Assembly (NCBI GenBank): GCA_049691655.1
Contig: JBAVOB010000061.1
Span: 1-44,323 of the forward strand
Source of the DNA: Steroidobacteraceae bacterium
Lineage (GTDB): Bacteria; Pseudomonadota; Gammaproteobacteria; Steroidobacterales; Steroidobacteraceae
Length of the DNA stretch: 44,323 bases
Direction of reading: 5' to 3'
How positions within the stretch are numbered: the first letter of the stretch is position 1; every line of letters starts with the position of its first letter. Positions 36,268 through 43,645 of this stretch are shown here, piece after piece. The position numbers and the translations under genes are program-made. The notes under the pieces are model-generated. The model ran no database searches, was not told where the DNA came from, and worked only from the letters and a program-made list of their open reading frames with translations.

Positions 36268-36642
36268 CTAGCCCCATCTTTGGCGCCCAAGAACATACCA
36301 CGCAGCAGCTACCGCTCCGGCTAGCGTGATGCTGGCGATGCCTGTAAGACGGGAATCGGCCGCGCCTTTCCAGAGGCGTCGGTAGATGATCACGGCGGCG
36401 ATGGGCGCAAGCAGATACACGCCCAGCGTACCGCCGAAGTAGAGCAGCAGCACCAACCACCTGATTGGGTAAAGGAACCAATGTCCATCCAGGGCTCCGA
36501 CGCGGCGATCCAGGAAGTTGAAGGCACCGATCTGCATCAGCAGGGCGAAGTAGGACGGCAGGCACAGGGCAACGACGGTCGTGAACGGCCTCCGGACGCC
36601 GCGGCTTACGGAAGGGTTCGACGGCATGGTGTCTTGGTGCAT
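36268..36642 (-). CDS. Hypothetical membrane protein
   Basis: 124 aa with three or four hydrophobic helices. An alternative start is at 36627. Confidence 0.6.
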   Translation of the reverse strand: MHQDTMPSNPSVSRGVRRPFTTVVALCLPSYFALLMQIGAFNFLDRRVGALDGHWFLYPIRWLVLLLYFGGTLGVYLLAPIAAVIIYRRLWKGAADSRLTGIASITLAGAVAAAWYVLGRQRWG

Positions 36643-36668
36643 TTTCGGTTGTCGGATGTTGCGCTGTG

Positions 36669-36734
36669 CGCTAAAGACGCGGCCTCTTCCTTGAGCGCAA
36701 GCCGTTGGCGCCGCGCTTGAGCGAGAAGTTAGGC
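36669..36734 (-). repeat. Degenerate attC, R'' GCCTAAC, L' recognisable, R' absent
   Basis: L'' (ttctcgctcaagcgcggcgcc) pairs imperfectly with ggccgcgtctttagcg. Where GTTRRRY is expected the sequence reads cacagcgcaac. Confidence 0.4.
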
Positions 36735-36735
36735 A

Positions 36736-36984
36736 TCACTCGCCGCCCCAGCGCCACCGCGGCGGCTCGCCGGTCCGCAGGCAGACGACCACTAGCACTA
36801 AGGACAGCACCACGACATAGACCGAGAAGGCGCCAGCGCGCGTCCGTGGATCGATGACCACCATGCCGCCGAAGAGCAGGACGAGATAGCCGACGACCAC
36901 GACCCACCCCTGCCAGCGAATCGGCAGACCCCATCCCCACCCGTAGCGCTTGGCGGGAAACCAATATTCAGGATCTTCGGGCAT
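36736..36984 (-). CDS. Small membrane protein (cassette ORF)
   Basis: I chose the internal ATG at 36984 (MPEDPEYWFPAKRYGWGWGLPIRWQGW, then two helices) because the longer TTG-started ORF begins inside the upstream attC. The stop lies 1 nt before an R''-type GCCTAAC. Confidence 0.6.
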   Translation of the reverse strand: MPEDPEYWFPAKRYGWGWGLPIRWQGWVVVVGYLVLLFGGMVVIDPRTRAGAFSVYVVVLSLVLVVVCLRTGEPPRWRWGGE

Positions 36985-37013
36985 CGGCTTCGGGATCAGT
37001 GATGCGGATTGAA

Positions 37014-37085
37014 GCCTACCCTGCCAGAGCGCAGTCGGCAATCCGGGGCGCGCATGCGCGGTGCCGGCTGGAGCCGATTGTTAGA
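37014..37085 (-). repeat. Degenerate attC (72 nt), R'' ATCTAAC, R' position reads GGTAGGC
   Basis: R'' is canonical and overlaps a stop codon. There is a central gcgcatgcgc palindrome. The conserved GTT of R' reads GGT. Confidence 0.5.
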
Positions 37086-37485
37086 TCTCGGTGGCACGAA
37101 CTCTCGACCGCGACAGAAGCCAGGCAAGGTACGCAGCCGCCACGACATCGTATGCAAGGCAGAACGGCGGCCACCAAGCGGGTACCCCGGGGTTTGCGAT
37201 CAACCGGCCATGGATGAAATCAAACAATCCGTGTGCCGATAGCGCCGCGACGACTAACCATAGCGAAGTTCTGAACCCTGCAATGGATGCCGCTAGAAAC
37301 GCAGCGACAACGATGGATTCGACCATTAGCGCATGAACCGAGCCGCCCATGACCGCGAACAACGCGTAGTACGATGCAATGACGATCATCACAGTAGGAT
37401 AGAAAGCTCGATCTCGGTCCAAGCCAAGAAAAGTGGCTGAGAGCCCGACCGAAAGTGCCAAGACTGCTCCGACCAGGAACGCCAC
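37081..37485 (-). CDS. Hypothetical membrane protein (second gene of a two-gene cassette)
   Basis: 134 aa with four helices and a GTG start that has GGAG upstream. Its TAA stop is embedded in ATCTAAC, the R'' of the attC. Confidence 0.65.
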   Translation of the reverse strand: MAFLVGAVLALSVGLSATFLGLDRDRAFYPTVMIVIASYYALFAVMGGSVHALMVESIVVAAFLAASIAGFRTSLWLVVAALSAHGLFDFIHGRLIANPGVPAWWPPFCLAYDVVAAAYLAWLLSRSRVRATEI

Positions 37486-37505
37486 GGTGGTGCTCCAAAC
37501 TCGCG

Positions 37506-37868
37506 CTACACGCGCGGATCAGACGGAACGCCATCAACCAATTGCTGCAACTCCGGGGCAACAGCCATACGCGTGAACATGCTGACGTCGGTTCCTCCGG
37601 TATTCCCGACCGGAACTACCCCGACTGCCGAGCCAAGAATTCCCAATACGATGCGCGCGACTTGCCCGAGGGCGGCCACGGCCCGCCTTCTTCGCAATTC
37701 GACATTGAGCATCAGGCAGTGGGAATAGGCATGGGGTACAACAAAGGCCTGGCCAATGATGTGGGCGCGCTCAAGGTGACGAAAACCGGCCTCCAGTTCG
37801 CCTTTCGCGATGAGTTCTTTCGCCAGCGCGATTTCATTGTCGAACGCGACACGCTGAACAGAATTCAT
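37506..37868 (-). CDS. DUF3703 domain-containing protein
   Basis: FRHLERAHIIGQ ... HAYSHCLML ... GNTGGTDVS is the DUF3703 signature. GGAGAG lies upstream, and the gene starts 18 nt after the attC R'. Confidence 0.8.
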   Translation of the reverse strand: MNSVQRVAFDNEIALAKELIAKGELEAGFRHLERAHIIGQAFVVPHAYSHCLMLNVELRRRRAVAALGQVARIVLGILGSAVGVVPVGNTGGTDVSMFTRMAVAPELQQLVDGVPSDPRV

Positions 37869-37886
37869 GAACTTCTCTCCATCGCG

Positions 37887-37973
37887 ATCTAACGCACGCG
37901 CTCAGCCGTGCCAAGCGAAGCGAGGGAACCCCGAGGCCGCAGGCCGGGAGGCGTTGCGTGGAGCGCGTTGCTG
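37887..37973 (-). repeat. attC site (87 nt), R'' (C)AGCAAC, R' GTTAGAT
   Basis: L'' (acgcgctcca) pairs with L' (ggctgagcgcgt). R' is canonical. Confidence 0.7.
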
Positions 37974-38001
37974 GGCGGCATGTACGGATATGGGCCCACT
38001 C

Positions 38002-38439
38002 TTATAGATCCATTTGCCTGAACCCTAGCGCCCGCAGGAACCCCATTGAGTCGACGTAGACGTCCTTGCGGGCAACAAGGTTGCCGGCGAACGGAATCAC
38101 ATCGACGCCGTTCCAGGAGACCTTTGTTCCTGTTGGCTGCACCGTAGTGGAACCCTTCGTGTATGGCATGGACAGCGTGCCAGTCGCTGTCCATTCCTGC
38201 GTCACCACACCGTCTCGCACGTAGGTCCGACGTGCATCGAAGCGGATATCGGGAAACGCGGCGAAGATTCCCTTCAGGATCTCGCGTATGTCGTCCTTAC
38301 CGACACCCTTTCCGCCGCTCGTGTGGTTTTCGAAGACGGAATCCTCGGTGTGCATCGCGAGAATGGCCTCCACGTTGTGGTCATTCCACGCTGCTCCGTA
38401 AGCGGCAATCACCTTCTCAAGCGGATGCTCAGAGCTCAT
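38002..38439 (-). CDS. SnoaL-like ester cyclase / NTF2 family protein (cassette ORF)
   Basis: AAWNDHNVEAILAMHTEDSVFENH ... FPDIRFD ... NGVDVIPF. AGGGGGA lies upstream. Confidence 0.85.
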   Translation of the reverse strand: MSSEHPLEKVIAAYGAAWNDHNVEAILAMHTEDSVFENHTSGGKGVGKDDIREILKGIFAAFPDIRFDARRTYVRDGVVTQEWTATGTLSMPYTKGSTTVQPTGTKVSWNGVDVIPFAGNLVARKDVYVDSMGFLRALGFRQMDL

Positions 38440-38472
38440 CGTGTCCCCCTGGGCCAGAAGCGGAGCTACTCA

Positions 38473-38685
38473 TCAACTGAGTGACAATTTCAAGTGCCGC
38501 CCAACGTTCGTCACCACCGGCGCTGAGGCTGCGGAGCAGCCGAAGCAGCGCAAGCGAGCCGCGGGCGAGTGCAGCATCGACATATCCACATCATCGAGAT
38601 GCTTGAGGTATGAACATCCTTTGCCAAGGGAGTACTTGCCTAACTGCGCCAGTGACTCGTCATGTTGTTCCCAGCCAGCTAGCAT
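38473..38685 (-). pseudogene. DUF1801 (YdhG-like) family 3' remnant
   Basis: Only the C-terminal part of the family is present (TLYMLAGWEQHDESLAQLGKYSLGKGCSYLKHLDDVDM). The N-terminal ~70 aa are absent, the VOC gene ends at 38729, and the tail of the ORF runs into attC sequence. Confidence 0.55.
38507..38580 (-). repeat. attC 3' half (R' GTTGGGC at 38507-38513); R'' not recognisable
   Basis: R' is canonical and is preceded by structured sequence (gcgctg ... gctgc-tcc-gcagc ... cagcgc). The upstream boundary merges with the DUF1801 remnant. Confidence 0.45.
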
Positions 38686-38728
38686 GTAAAGGGTGAGGGT
38701 ATGTTTGCGCGGCGCTGGTCGTCCGCAT

Positions 38729-39097
38729 TCACCCCACACCGAACACGCTGAGCTTGTTGCCGTCCAGGTCGCGGAAATAGCCGGCGTAGAAATCTTCGCC
38801 GCGCGCGCCAACCGGGCCTTCGTCCTTACCACCGACTTCAAGCGCCTTCTTGTGCACACGGTCCACCGTCGCGCGCGAGTCGACACCCAGCGCCACCATC
38901 ACGCCGTTGCCGACCGTCGCCGGCTTCTGGTCAAATGGAATCACGATGCCGAGGCTCGGCTTGTCCATCGAGACGCCGTAGGTGTATCCGCGACCATAGT
39001 CCATCAAGCGCTTGGCACCGATTTCCGCGAGTAGGGCATCGTAGAAGGCCGCCGCACGCGGCAGGTCATTGGTGCCGAGGGTGACGTATCCAATCAT
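38729..39097 (-). CDS. VOC family protein (cassette ORF)
   Basis: MIGYVTLGTNDLPRAAAFYDALL ... GYFRDLDGNKLSVF. AAGGAG lies upstream. Confidence 0.88.
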   Translation of the reverse strand: MIGYVTLGTNDLPRAAAFYDALLAEIGAKRLMDYGRGYTYGVSMDKPSLGIVIPFDQKPATVGNGVMVALGVDSRATVDRVHKKALEVGGKDEGPVGARGEDFYAGYFRDLDGNKLSVFGVG

Positions 39098-39127
39098 TGT
39101 GAGTTCTCCTTGTCATTTGAAGAAATA

Positions 39128-39222
39128 GCGAAACGCATATTGGTCAAGCGGTAGCGTCACAGCACCCAGAAGGTGCGCCCGGATGTGGGTACGAAACCCG
39201 CCGCTGATTGCGAACGTTGGGC
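39128..39222 (-). repeat. attC-like site (95 nt), R'' GCCCAAC, non-canonical R' GTTTCGC
   Basis: R'' is canonical and lies 16 nt after the GFA stop. L'' (caatcagcgg) partially pairs with L' (ccgcttgacc). Only the GTT of R' is conserved. Confidence 0.5.
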
Positions 39223-39238
39223 GACGGCAAGCTGGCGC

Positions 39239-39646
39239 TCATTGTGTTTTCCGGGGCGGCCACGCATCGTATTGTGGAAGCGCGTCAGTGATGTCGTGCC
39301 AGGCAGCTTTCGACCCGACAAACATGTGAAAGCTGGGGCGAACTCCAGGATCCTTATCGAGTGCACCCAGAGCGAGAGCGCTGAGCTCCCCCCGGCTTGG
39401 GAGATCGAGACTGGATCCGCAGACGTGGCAGAAGGCCCAACCTATGCCCGGATAAGATTCATAGACCGTCAGAAGGTCTTGACCTTTGAGCCAACGGAAT
39501 TCCTCGGCACTTACGTTTGTGTACGAGGCAAATGCCGCTCCATGAAATCGCCTACACATCGAACAATGGCAGTTACCCACATCGGTAAGAGGGCCATCCA
39601 CCTCGTAACGCATTGCACCGCAAAGACAACCGCCCTGTATTGTCAC
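39239..39646 (-). CDS. GFA family protein (cassette ORF)
   Basis: The GFA Cys pattern is present: CLCGAMRY ... CHCSMCRR ... CHVCGS. The track start at 39673 (GTG) straddles the attC crossover point (GTG-TTAGCC), so I moved the start to the GTG at 39646 (VTIQGGCLCG). Confidence 0.85.
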   Translation of the reverse strand: MTIQGGCLCGAMRYEVDGPLTDVGNCHCSMCRRFHGAAFASYTNVSAEEFRWLKGQDLLTVYESYPGIGWAFCHVCGSSLDLPSRGELSALALGALDKDPGVRPSFHMFVGSKAAWHDITDALPQYDAWPPRKTQ

Positions 39647-39664
39647 GCTGCCGAATCCTCTGCC

Positions 39665-39734
39665 GGCTAACACCCCGGTTCAGCCGCAAAAAACGCCGCA
39701 GGCGTTTTGTGTTGGTTGCAACCGTTTGTTAGGC
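39665..39734 (-). repeat. attC site (70 nt), R'' GCCTAAC, R' GTTAGCC
   Basis: cggttgcaacc ... aaaacgcc-tgc-ggcgtttt ... gcggctgaacc. It is a sibling of attC 40182..40251. Confidence 0.85.
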
Positions 39735-39749
39735 CCGCCGCCTCTCGGA

Positions 39750-40136
39750 TCATTGGCCTGCCGGAGGTTGCCAGAAATCAACCTTGTTGCCCTCCGGGTC
39801 CAAGACCCACCCGAATTGTCCGTACTCGCAATCGTCGGTCTTGTCGAGCACGTTACATCTCTCTGCGCGCAAGGCTTTCAGGAGGCTTTGCAGGTCCACG
39901 ACTCGATAGTTGACCATAAAGGACGACGCACTCGGTGCAAACTGGTTGCCGTCAGCGCTACCCACGGACCAAACGGTCGTGCCCGCCGTGGGTTTACCGC
40001 TCTCGTCAGTCCAACGAAATGCGGTGCCTCCCCATTCCTGGACGTCAATGCCGAGATGCTTCTTGTACCAAGCCCCTAGTGCGGTAGGATCCTTTGCCTT
40101 GAAAAACATCCCGCCGACTCCTGTAACTCTTCTCAT
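39750..40136 (-). CDS. VOC/glyoxalase family protein (cassette ORF)
   Basis: VTGVGGMFFKAKDPTALGAWYKKHLGI ... GWVLDPEGNKVDFWQP. GGGAGGG lies upstream. Confidence 0.85.
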   Translation of the reverse strand: MRRVTGVGGMFFKAKDPTALGAWYKKHLGIDVQEWGGTAFRWTDESGKPTAGTTVWSVGSADGNQFAPSASSFMVNYRVVDLQSLLKALRAERCNVLDKTDDCEYGQFGWVLDPEGNKVDFWQPPAGQ

Positions 40137-40181
40137 CTGCCCTCCCGGAAGGTGATCAAAAAGCGATGCCTGGCGCAGCGG

Positions 40182-40251
40182 GCCTAACGTTCAGGTTCAG
40201 CCGCGGCAAACGCCGAAGGCGTTTGACCTCGGCTGGAACCGCTGGTTGGGC
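40182..40251 (-). repeat. attC site (70 nt), R'' GCCCAAC, R' GTTAGGC
   Basis: It has the same architecture as attC 39665..39734: cggttccagcc ... aaacgcc-ttc-ggcgttt ... gcggctgaacc. Confidence 0.88.
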
Positions 40252-40261
40252 GTCGCCACAG

Positions 40262-41002
40262 CTATGCTCTGCTAACTTGCCAAGCGTTCGCCCTGTCTTC
40301 CCACTTCGGCACGTTGACGCCCTTCACGGTGAGCCACAGGGCAAGGGACAGTTCCCCGATGAAGGCAGGCAACAGTACCCAGGGGAATAGCGCTCCTGCG
40401 ACCGGGGGAGAGAGGATCAGTGCAAAGCTGTTGATCAGATAGCACAGGCCGGCGATCGCCATCAGGATACCGAGGAGCTTGGGGAAGAAGCCCGACTTGA
40501 GGATGAGATATCCCAAGGCGAGGCAGGAAAAGCCGAAAAATATCAGAGCGACGCCAAAGCCGACAGAGTGCGCCTTCAGAGACAGCAAAGCCATCGCCTG
40601 CAGCTGCTGCGGACTAAAGACCTTCAGGTAATCCGCGCCTCCCAGCAGTTGCAAGGCCCTGTATGGATTCAGCCCGTTGATGCCTCCGATGGCATCCTGT
40701 ACCAGATTGAAGAACACCATGAGCAACGCCAGGTTCCTGTTCACCGGCTTAAGCAAGACATACAGGATCATCGTCAAGGCGATAGCGCACAAAAAAGTTG
40801 TCAGGTCGGCGGCGATGCCGAGGCGGAACAACGTCTCATGGGTCGTGATGTTGGCGGCCGTGGCCGCCGCATCGGCCGGCACGACCAGCCTGTCTCGGAC
40901 GAAGGCTTCGGCAAAGAGGCCGGCGGCGATGATGATGAGGTACAGCAGGCCCCCGATTCGGGCGTAGGCCTGCGGCGAGAATTGAGTGATTGGGTTTTTC
41001 AT
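40262..41002 (-). CDS. DUF4386 domain-containing membrane protein (cassette ORF)
   Basis: ARIGGLLYLIIIAAGLFAEAFVRDRLVVPADAAATAANI is the typical DUF4386 N-terminus. The protein has six or seven helices. Confidence 0.85.
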   Translation of the reverse strand: MKNPITQFSPQAYARIGGLLYLIIIAAGLFAEAFVRDRLVVPADAAATAANITTHETLFRLGIAADLTTFLCAIALTMILYVLLKPVNRNLALLMVFFNLVQDAIGGINGLNPYRALQLLGGADYLKVFSPQQLQAMALLSLKAHSVGFGVALIFFGFSCLALGYLILKSGFFPKLLGILMAIAGLCYLINSFALILSPPVAGALFPWVLLPAFIGELSLALWLTVKGVNVPKWEDRANAWQVSRA

Positions 41003-41046
41003 TTTGATTCCCCGATTACGAAGTTCGTCATGGCCCCTCTAGGGAC

Positions 41047-41125
41047 GCCCAACGCTCGAGTTGAGCGGCCGCACGCGGCGCGCACCTGACGAGGCTCCAC
41101 CGGCCACTCGAGCGCGTTGTTAGGC
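41047..41125 (-). repeat. attC site (79 nt), R'' GCCTAAC, R' GTTGGGC
   Basis: gcgctcgagtggccgg pairs with ccggccgctcaactcgagc, leaving extrahelical bases. Confidence 0.85.
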
Positions 41126-41147
41126 GTCACTGAGCAAGGCGCCTCGG

Positions 41148-41555
41148 TCAGTCGGCGACTCTGCGCCAGCCTACCGCCAAGCCATTCTCAACCTCCATGC
41201 CAACGCCTACCGCTTGAACCTTGCCATTGGTGATCCACGACACCTTGTAGACATCACCGATCTTGTCGATGACCAAGTCATACTCGTCGGAAAATTCTCC
41301 GTTGTCGTAAAAGTAGCGAACGTGGTAATTCCCGGCGAAACCTGCCTTCGGCCCCCCAGTGGCAATCCCGGGTCCGCTATACTTTGTTGAGTACATCCAT
41401 CTTGCGTTTAGGGTTCCCGGCGCCGGGCTCTTTGTGTACAGAACAAAGCCGATATTCGATACGTCGGAGGCCTCGGGAGCAGCGGCAACGGGCGTCCAGT
41501 GGGACGCGCACAGCAATCCTGTCAGTGATGCTGCGATGAAAATGGATCTAGCCAT
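41148..41555 (-). CDS. Secreted hypothetical protein (cassette ORF)
   Basis: The internal ATG gives the signal peptide MARSIFIAASLTGLLCASHWTPVAAAPEA. I recognise no family. Confidence 0.65.
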   Translation of the reverse strand: MARSIFIAASLTGLLCASHWTPVAAAPEASDVSNIGFVLYTKSPAPGTLNARWMYSTKYSGPGIATGGPKAGFAGNYHVRYFYDNGEFSDEYDLVIDKIGDVYKVSWITNGKVQAVGVGMEVENGLAVGWRRVAD

Positions 41556-41594
41556 GGCTCGCCCTCTCTCTGTTCCAAACATGCTTGTTGTGAC

Positions 41595-41657
41595 GCCTAA
41601 CGCGCCGCTTCAGGGGTGCGCCGCTTGCGGCGCGTCCGCTGCAGACGGATGTTAGAG
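41595..41657 (-). repeat. attC site (63 nt), R'' (C)TCTAAC, R' GTTAGGC
   Basis: R' is canonical. R'' has C at the R position. There is a central gcgccgc-aa-gcggcgc hairpin. Confidence 0.7.
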
Positions 41658-41681
41658 CGCAACACCTTCAGTTCGCGACTG

Positions 41682-42332
41682 TCAGTTCTCTATGGTGACA
41701 ATGTGGGCCGGGATCTTGGCGTCCACAGCCCCCCGACCGAACCGTTGGGCGAGCGCTTCGGCGGCGTCGTCGGTGGCTTCGCCGAGCAGCGCGGCGTTGC
41801 GCGTCTCGATCTCGTTTCGCAGCGGTGTCCCCTGGCAGTACGCGATCGCGGGGACCCGGGCAGATTCTGCCCGACTGCGCGCTGCAACCGTGGTGATCTG
41901 AGGTGATCCAGTGAGCCCGCCGTTTGCAAAATCTCGCTTGATGGTCAGAGGGTCCCAATAGCCGTGGGGTGTACGCGCGAGGAAGCGAGGCGGATCCTCA
42001 GGAAACAGCGGCTCGAGTGCCGTCGCGACGATGGACACACCTTCAGGTATCACGGATGCCAGAGCACGAGTCACGACACCCGTGCCGGCTGCAATTTCGA
42101 GCACGCGAGTAAAAGGCCTCGAAGCTAGCCGAGTCGCCAGGTCCGCAGCGTAGGGCTCGAAGATCAGCGGAACGAGATACGTTTCGTAGAACTTGGCAAT
42201 TGAGCCACTGAAGACTTTGTCGGTATCGGGACTACTCATAGTGTTGCCCGCATCCTCGGTGCCGTTGCCCCCAAACGCTGTGCCGCCGCCGAAGGCCGTC
42301 CGCTGCAGCGGCTTGTTAGACGGCATCGTCAT
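41682..42332 (-). CDS. Class I SAM-dependent methyltransferase-like protein, probably internally deleted
   Basis: Motif I is present (VLEIAAGTGVVTRAL) and so is the family C-terminus (PPRFLARTPHGYWDP ... CQGTPLRNEIE), but the intervening core of the fold appears to be missing. The start overlaps the upstream stop as ATGA. Confidence 0.7.
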   Translation of the reverse strand: MTMPSNKPLQRTAFGGGTAFGGNGTEDAGNTMSSPDTDKVFSGSIAKFYETYLVPLIFEPYAADLATRLASRPFTRVLEIAAGTGVVTRALASVIPEGVSIVATALEPLFPEDPPRFLARTPHGYWDPLTIKRDFANGGLTGSPQITTVAARSRAESARVPAIAYCQGTPLRNEIETRNAALLGEATDDAAEALAQRFGRGAVDAKIPAHIVTIEN

Positions 42333-42739
42333 TTGTCCCCGAAGCCGACCTTTAGTTGGCGCTGATACTCGGCCTCGTCAAAATGCCCCTTCGACTGGGC
42401 GATCAGACCGTCCGCGCCAATGGTCCACTCCTCAAACCCGCTGATACGCACGGCCTTGCCTGTACCTCCCGGGCCGGTGTTTGTCCCAGTCAGCGTCCAG
42501 CGGTAGACAGCATGGTCTCCATCGACGCTGACTCCATCTATCGTCACGACCATATCTGGGAAGGCGGTCATGAAGCCCTGCGCTGCCGCCGTGATCGCTA
42601 CCCTGCCGACAGAAGGGGCTCCGTCGTTGATCTTCAGTGACCCACGTTCCGCAAAGAACGCCGCGACGCTAGCGGCGTTCTGACTGCACCAAGCTGCGGT
42701 GTATTCTCTTCCAAATTCCCGCAACTTCGCCACATCCAT
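42329..42739 (-). CDS. SnoaL-like ester cyclase (cassette ORF)
   Basis: MDVAKLREFGREYTAAWCSQNAASVAAFFAERGSLKIN ... FPDMVVTIDGV. GAGGGAG lies 7 nt upstream of the ATG at 42739. The longer ORF in the track (to 42907) starts inside the attC. Confidence 0.8.
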   Translation of the reverse strand: MDVAKLREFGREYTAAWCSQNAASVAAFFAERGSLKINDGAPSVGRVAITAAAQGFMTAFPDMVVTIDGVSVDGDHAVYRWTLTGTNTGPGGTGKAVRISGFEEWTIGADGLIAQSKGHFDEAEYQRQLKVGFGDK

Positions 42740-42888
42740 TGCATTCTCCCTCGACGTGCAAGCGGTGAACGCAGCTAACCCTATTGCTGCGACCATGACC
42801 GCCCACCGGCCCCTACGGTCTCGTCGGTGATCTATCTTCAACAGGGCCCTCCACTCGATAGCTACTGGTGTCGTGCCCGCGCCCGTCC

Positions 42889-42977
42889 GCCTAACGTCCG
42901 AGCTCACCGGCGGCGCTTATGGCGTGAGCGATTGGCACTTTATGCCGATCGCCGTCCGGTGGAGCGATTAGTTAGAC
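42889..42977 (-). repeat. attC site (89 nt), R'' GTCTAAC, R' GTTAGGC
   Basis: Both core sites are canonical. cgctccaccggacggcg and cgccgccggtgagc form the imperfect stem. Confidence 0.85.
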
Positions 42978-43227
42978 CCCGCTTGACGACCCGTCGAAGG
43001 GCGCTATTGATCTGAGTCTGATACCCGCGGCCGTGGGCACGGAAGAACGCTAGGATGTCGGCATCGAGCCGAATGGTCGTTGAAACCTTGGTGGGGGCTC
43101 GCTGCGGGCCACGGCCCTTCTTGCGCATGGGAGGCCCGAGCATTTCCTCGGACCAGGGCGGGTTGACAGCATCACGGCCCCTAGCTGTAAAAGTTCTTGG
43201 CTTCTTCAACATAGTAGCGCGCTTCAT
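42940..43227 (-). CDS. brnA: BrnA antitoxin (type II TA)
   Basis: KVSTTIRLDADILAFFRAHGRGYQTQINSALRRVV is the BrnA C-terminal signature. The start overlaps the 3' end of brnT, and the ORF terminates inside the attC. Confidence 0.8.
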   Translation of the reverse strand: MKRATMLKKPRTFTARGRDAVNPPWSEEMLGPPMRKKGRGPQRAPTKVSTTIRLDADILAFFRAHGRGYQTQINSALRRVVKRGLTNRSTGRRSA

Positions 43228-43462
43228 ATTTCTCAGCCTTGCGTAGAGAGATGATATGGGGTCCTCTGCGACGTTCGGTATAGACCAAAACCACAACTTG
43301 GCGGTGGAGCCGCCCAAAGGTAACCCACCGCTGTTCACGGTACCGCTGCCGAATGTCCTCGCGCGTGACCGTGAAGTCGTCCCAAATGGCCTCGCACCCG
43401 ACGAAATCCAAGCCGTGCTTGCTGATATTGGCGCGGCGCTTTGGCTCGTCCCACGTGACCAC
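43181..43462 (-). CDS. brnT: BrnT toxin (DUF497 ribonuclease, type II TA)
   Basis: The GTG start gives VTWDEPKRRANISKHGLDF ... VVLVYTERRRGPHIISLRKAEKYE, the canonical BrnT sequence. Confidence 0.85.
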   Translation of the reverse strand: MVTWDEPKRRANISKHGLDFVGCEAIWDDFTVTREDIRQRYREQRWVTFGRLHRQVVVLVYTERRRGPHIISLRKAEKYEARYYVEEAKNFYS

Positions 43463-43468
43463 GAGCTG

Positions 43469-43497
43469 ATTGTAGTAACAAAATAATGAGAAAGCAA
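43469..43497 (-). promoter_or_regulatory. Putative brnTA cassette promoter
   Basis: On the minus strand it reads TTGCTT, a 17-nt spacer, TACAAT, then 6 nt before the GTG start of brnT. It sits in a locally A/T-rich stretch immediately after the attC R'. Confidence 0.55.
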
Positions 43498-43514
43498 ATC
43501 GAAATGAAAGCGGG

Positions 43515-43645
43515 GTCCAACGTCCGCGATCAGCGGCGGTGCGCGGTCGGCGCGTCGCTTGCTGATCGCAACCTGTCGTCGCCGGTGCCTGTCCGCGCAA
43601 GCGGCGTGCCGAGCGCGCGACGACCGCTGCATCGCATAGTTAGGC
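43515..43645 (-). repeat. attC site (131 nt), R'' GCCTAAC, R' GTTGGAC
   Basis: L'' (gcgatgcagcgg) pairs with L' (ccgctgatcgc). R'' overlaps the higA stop. Confidence 0.85.

Noticed and set aside
38638-38644. A minus-strand GTTAGGC, a perfect R'-type core, lies inside the DUF1801 remnant.
   Set aside because: It encodes the conserved residues QLGK of the DUF1801 family. It has no R'' partner or dyad symmetry upstream, so it is probably a coincidence.
42797-42907. Longer N-terminal extensions appear on cassette ORFs in the track (42329..42907, 36736..37041, 39239..39673).
   Set aside because: These starts fall inside attC sites or span the G|TT crossover point. Downstream starts with good RBSs give proteins of normal family length.
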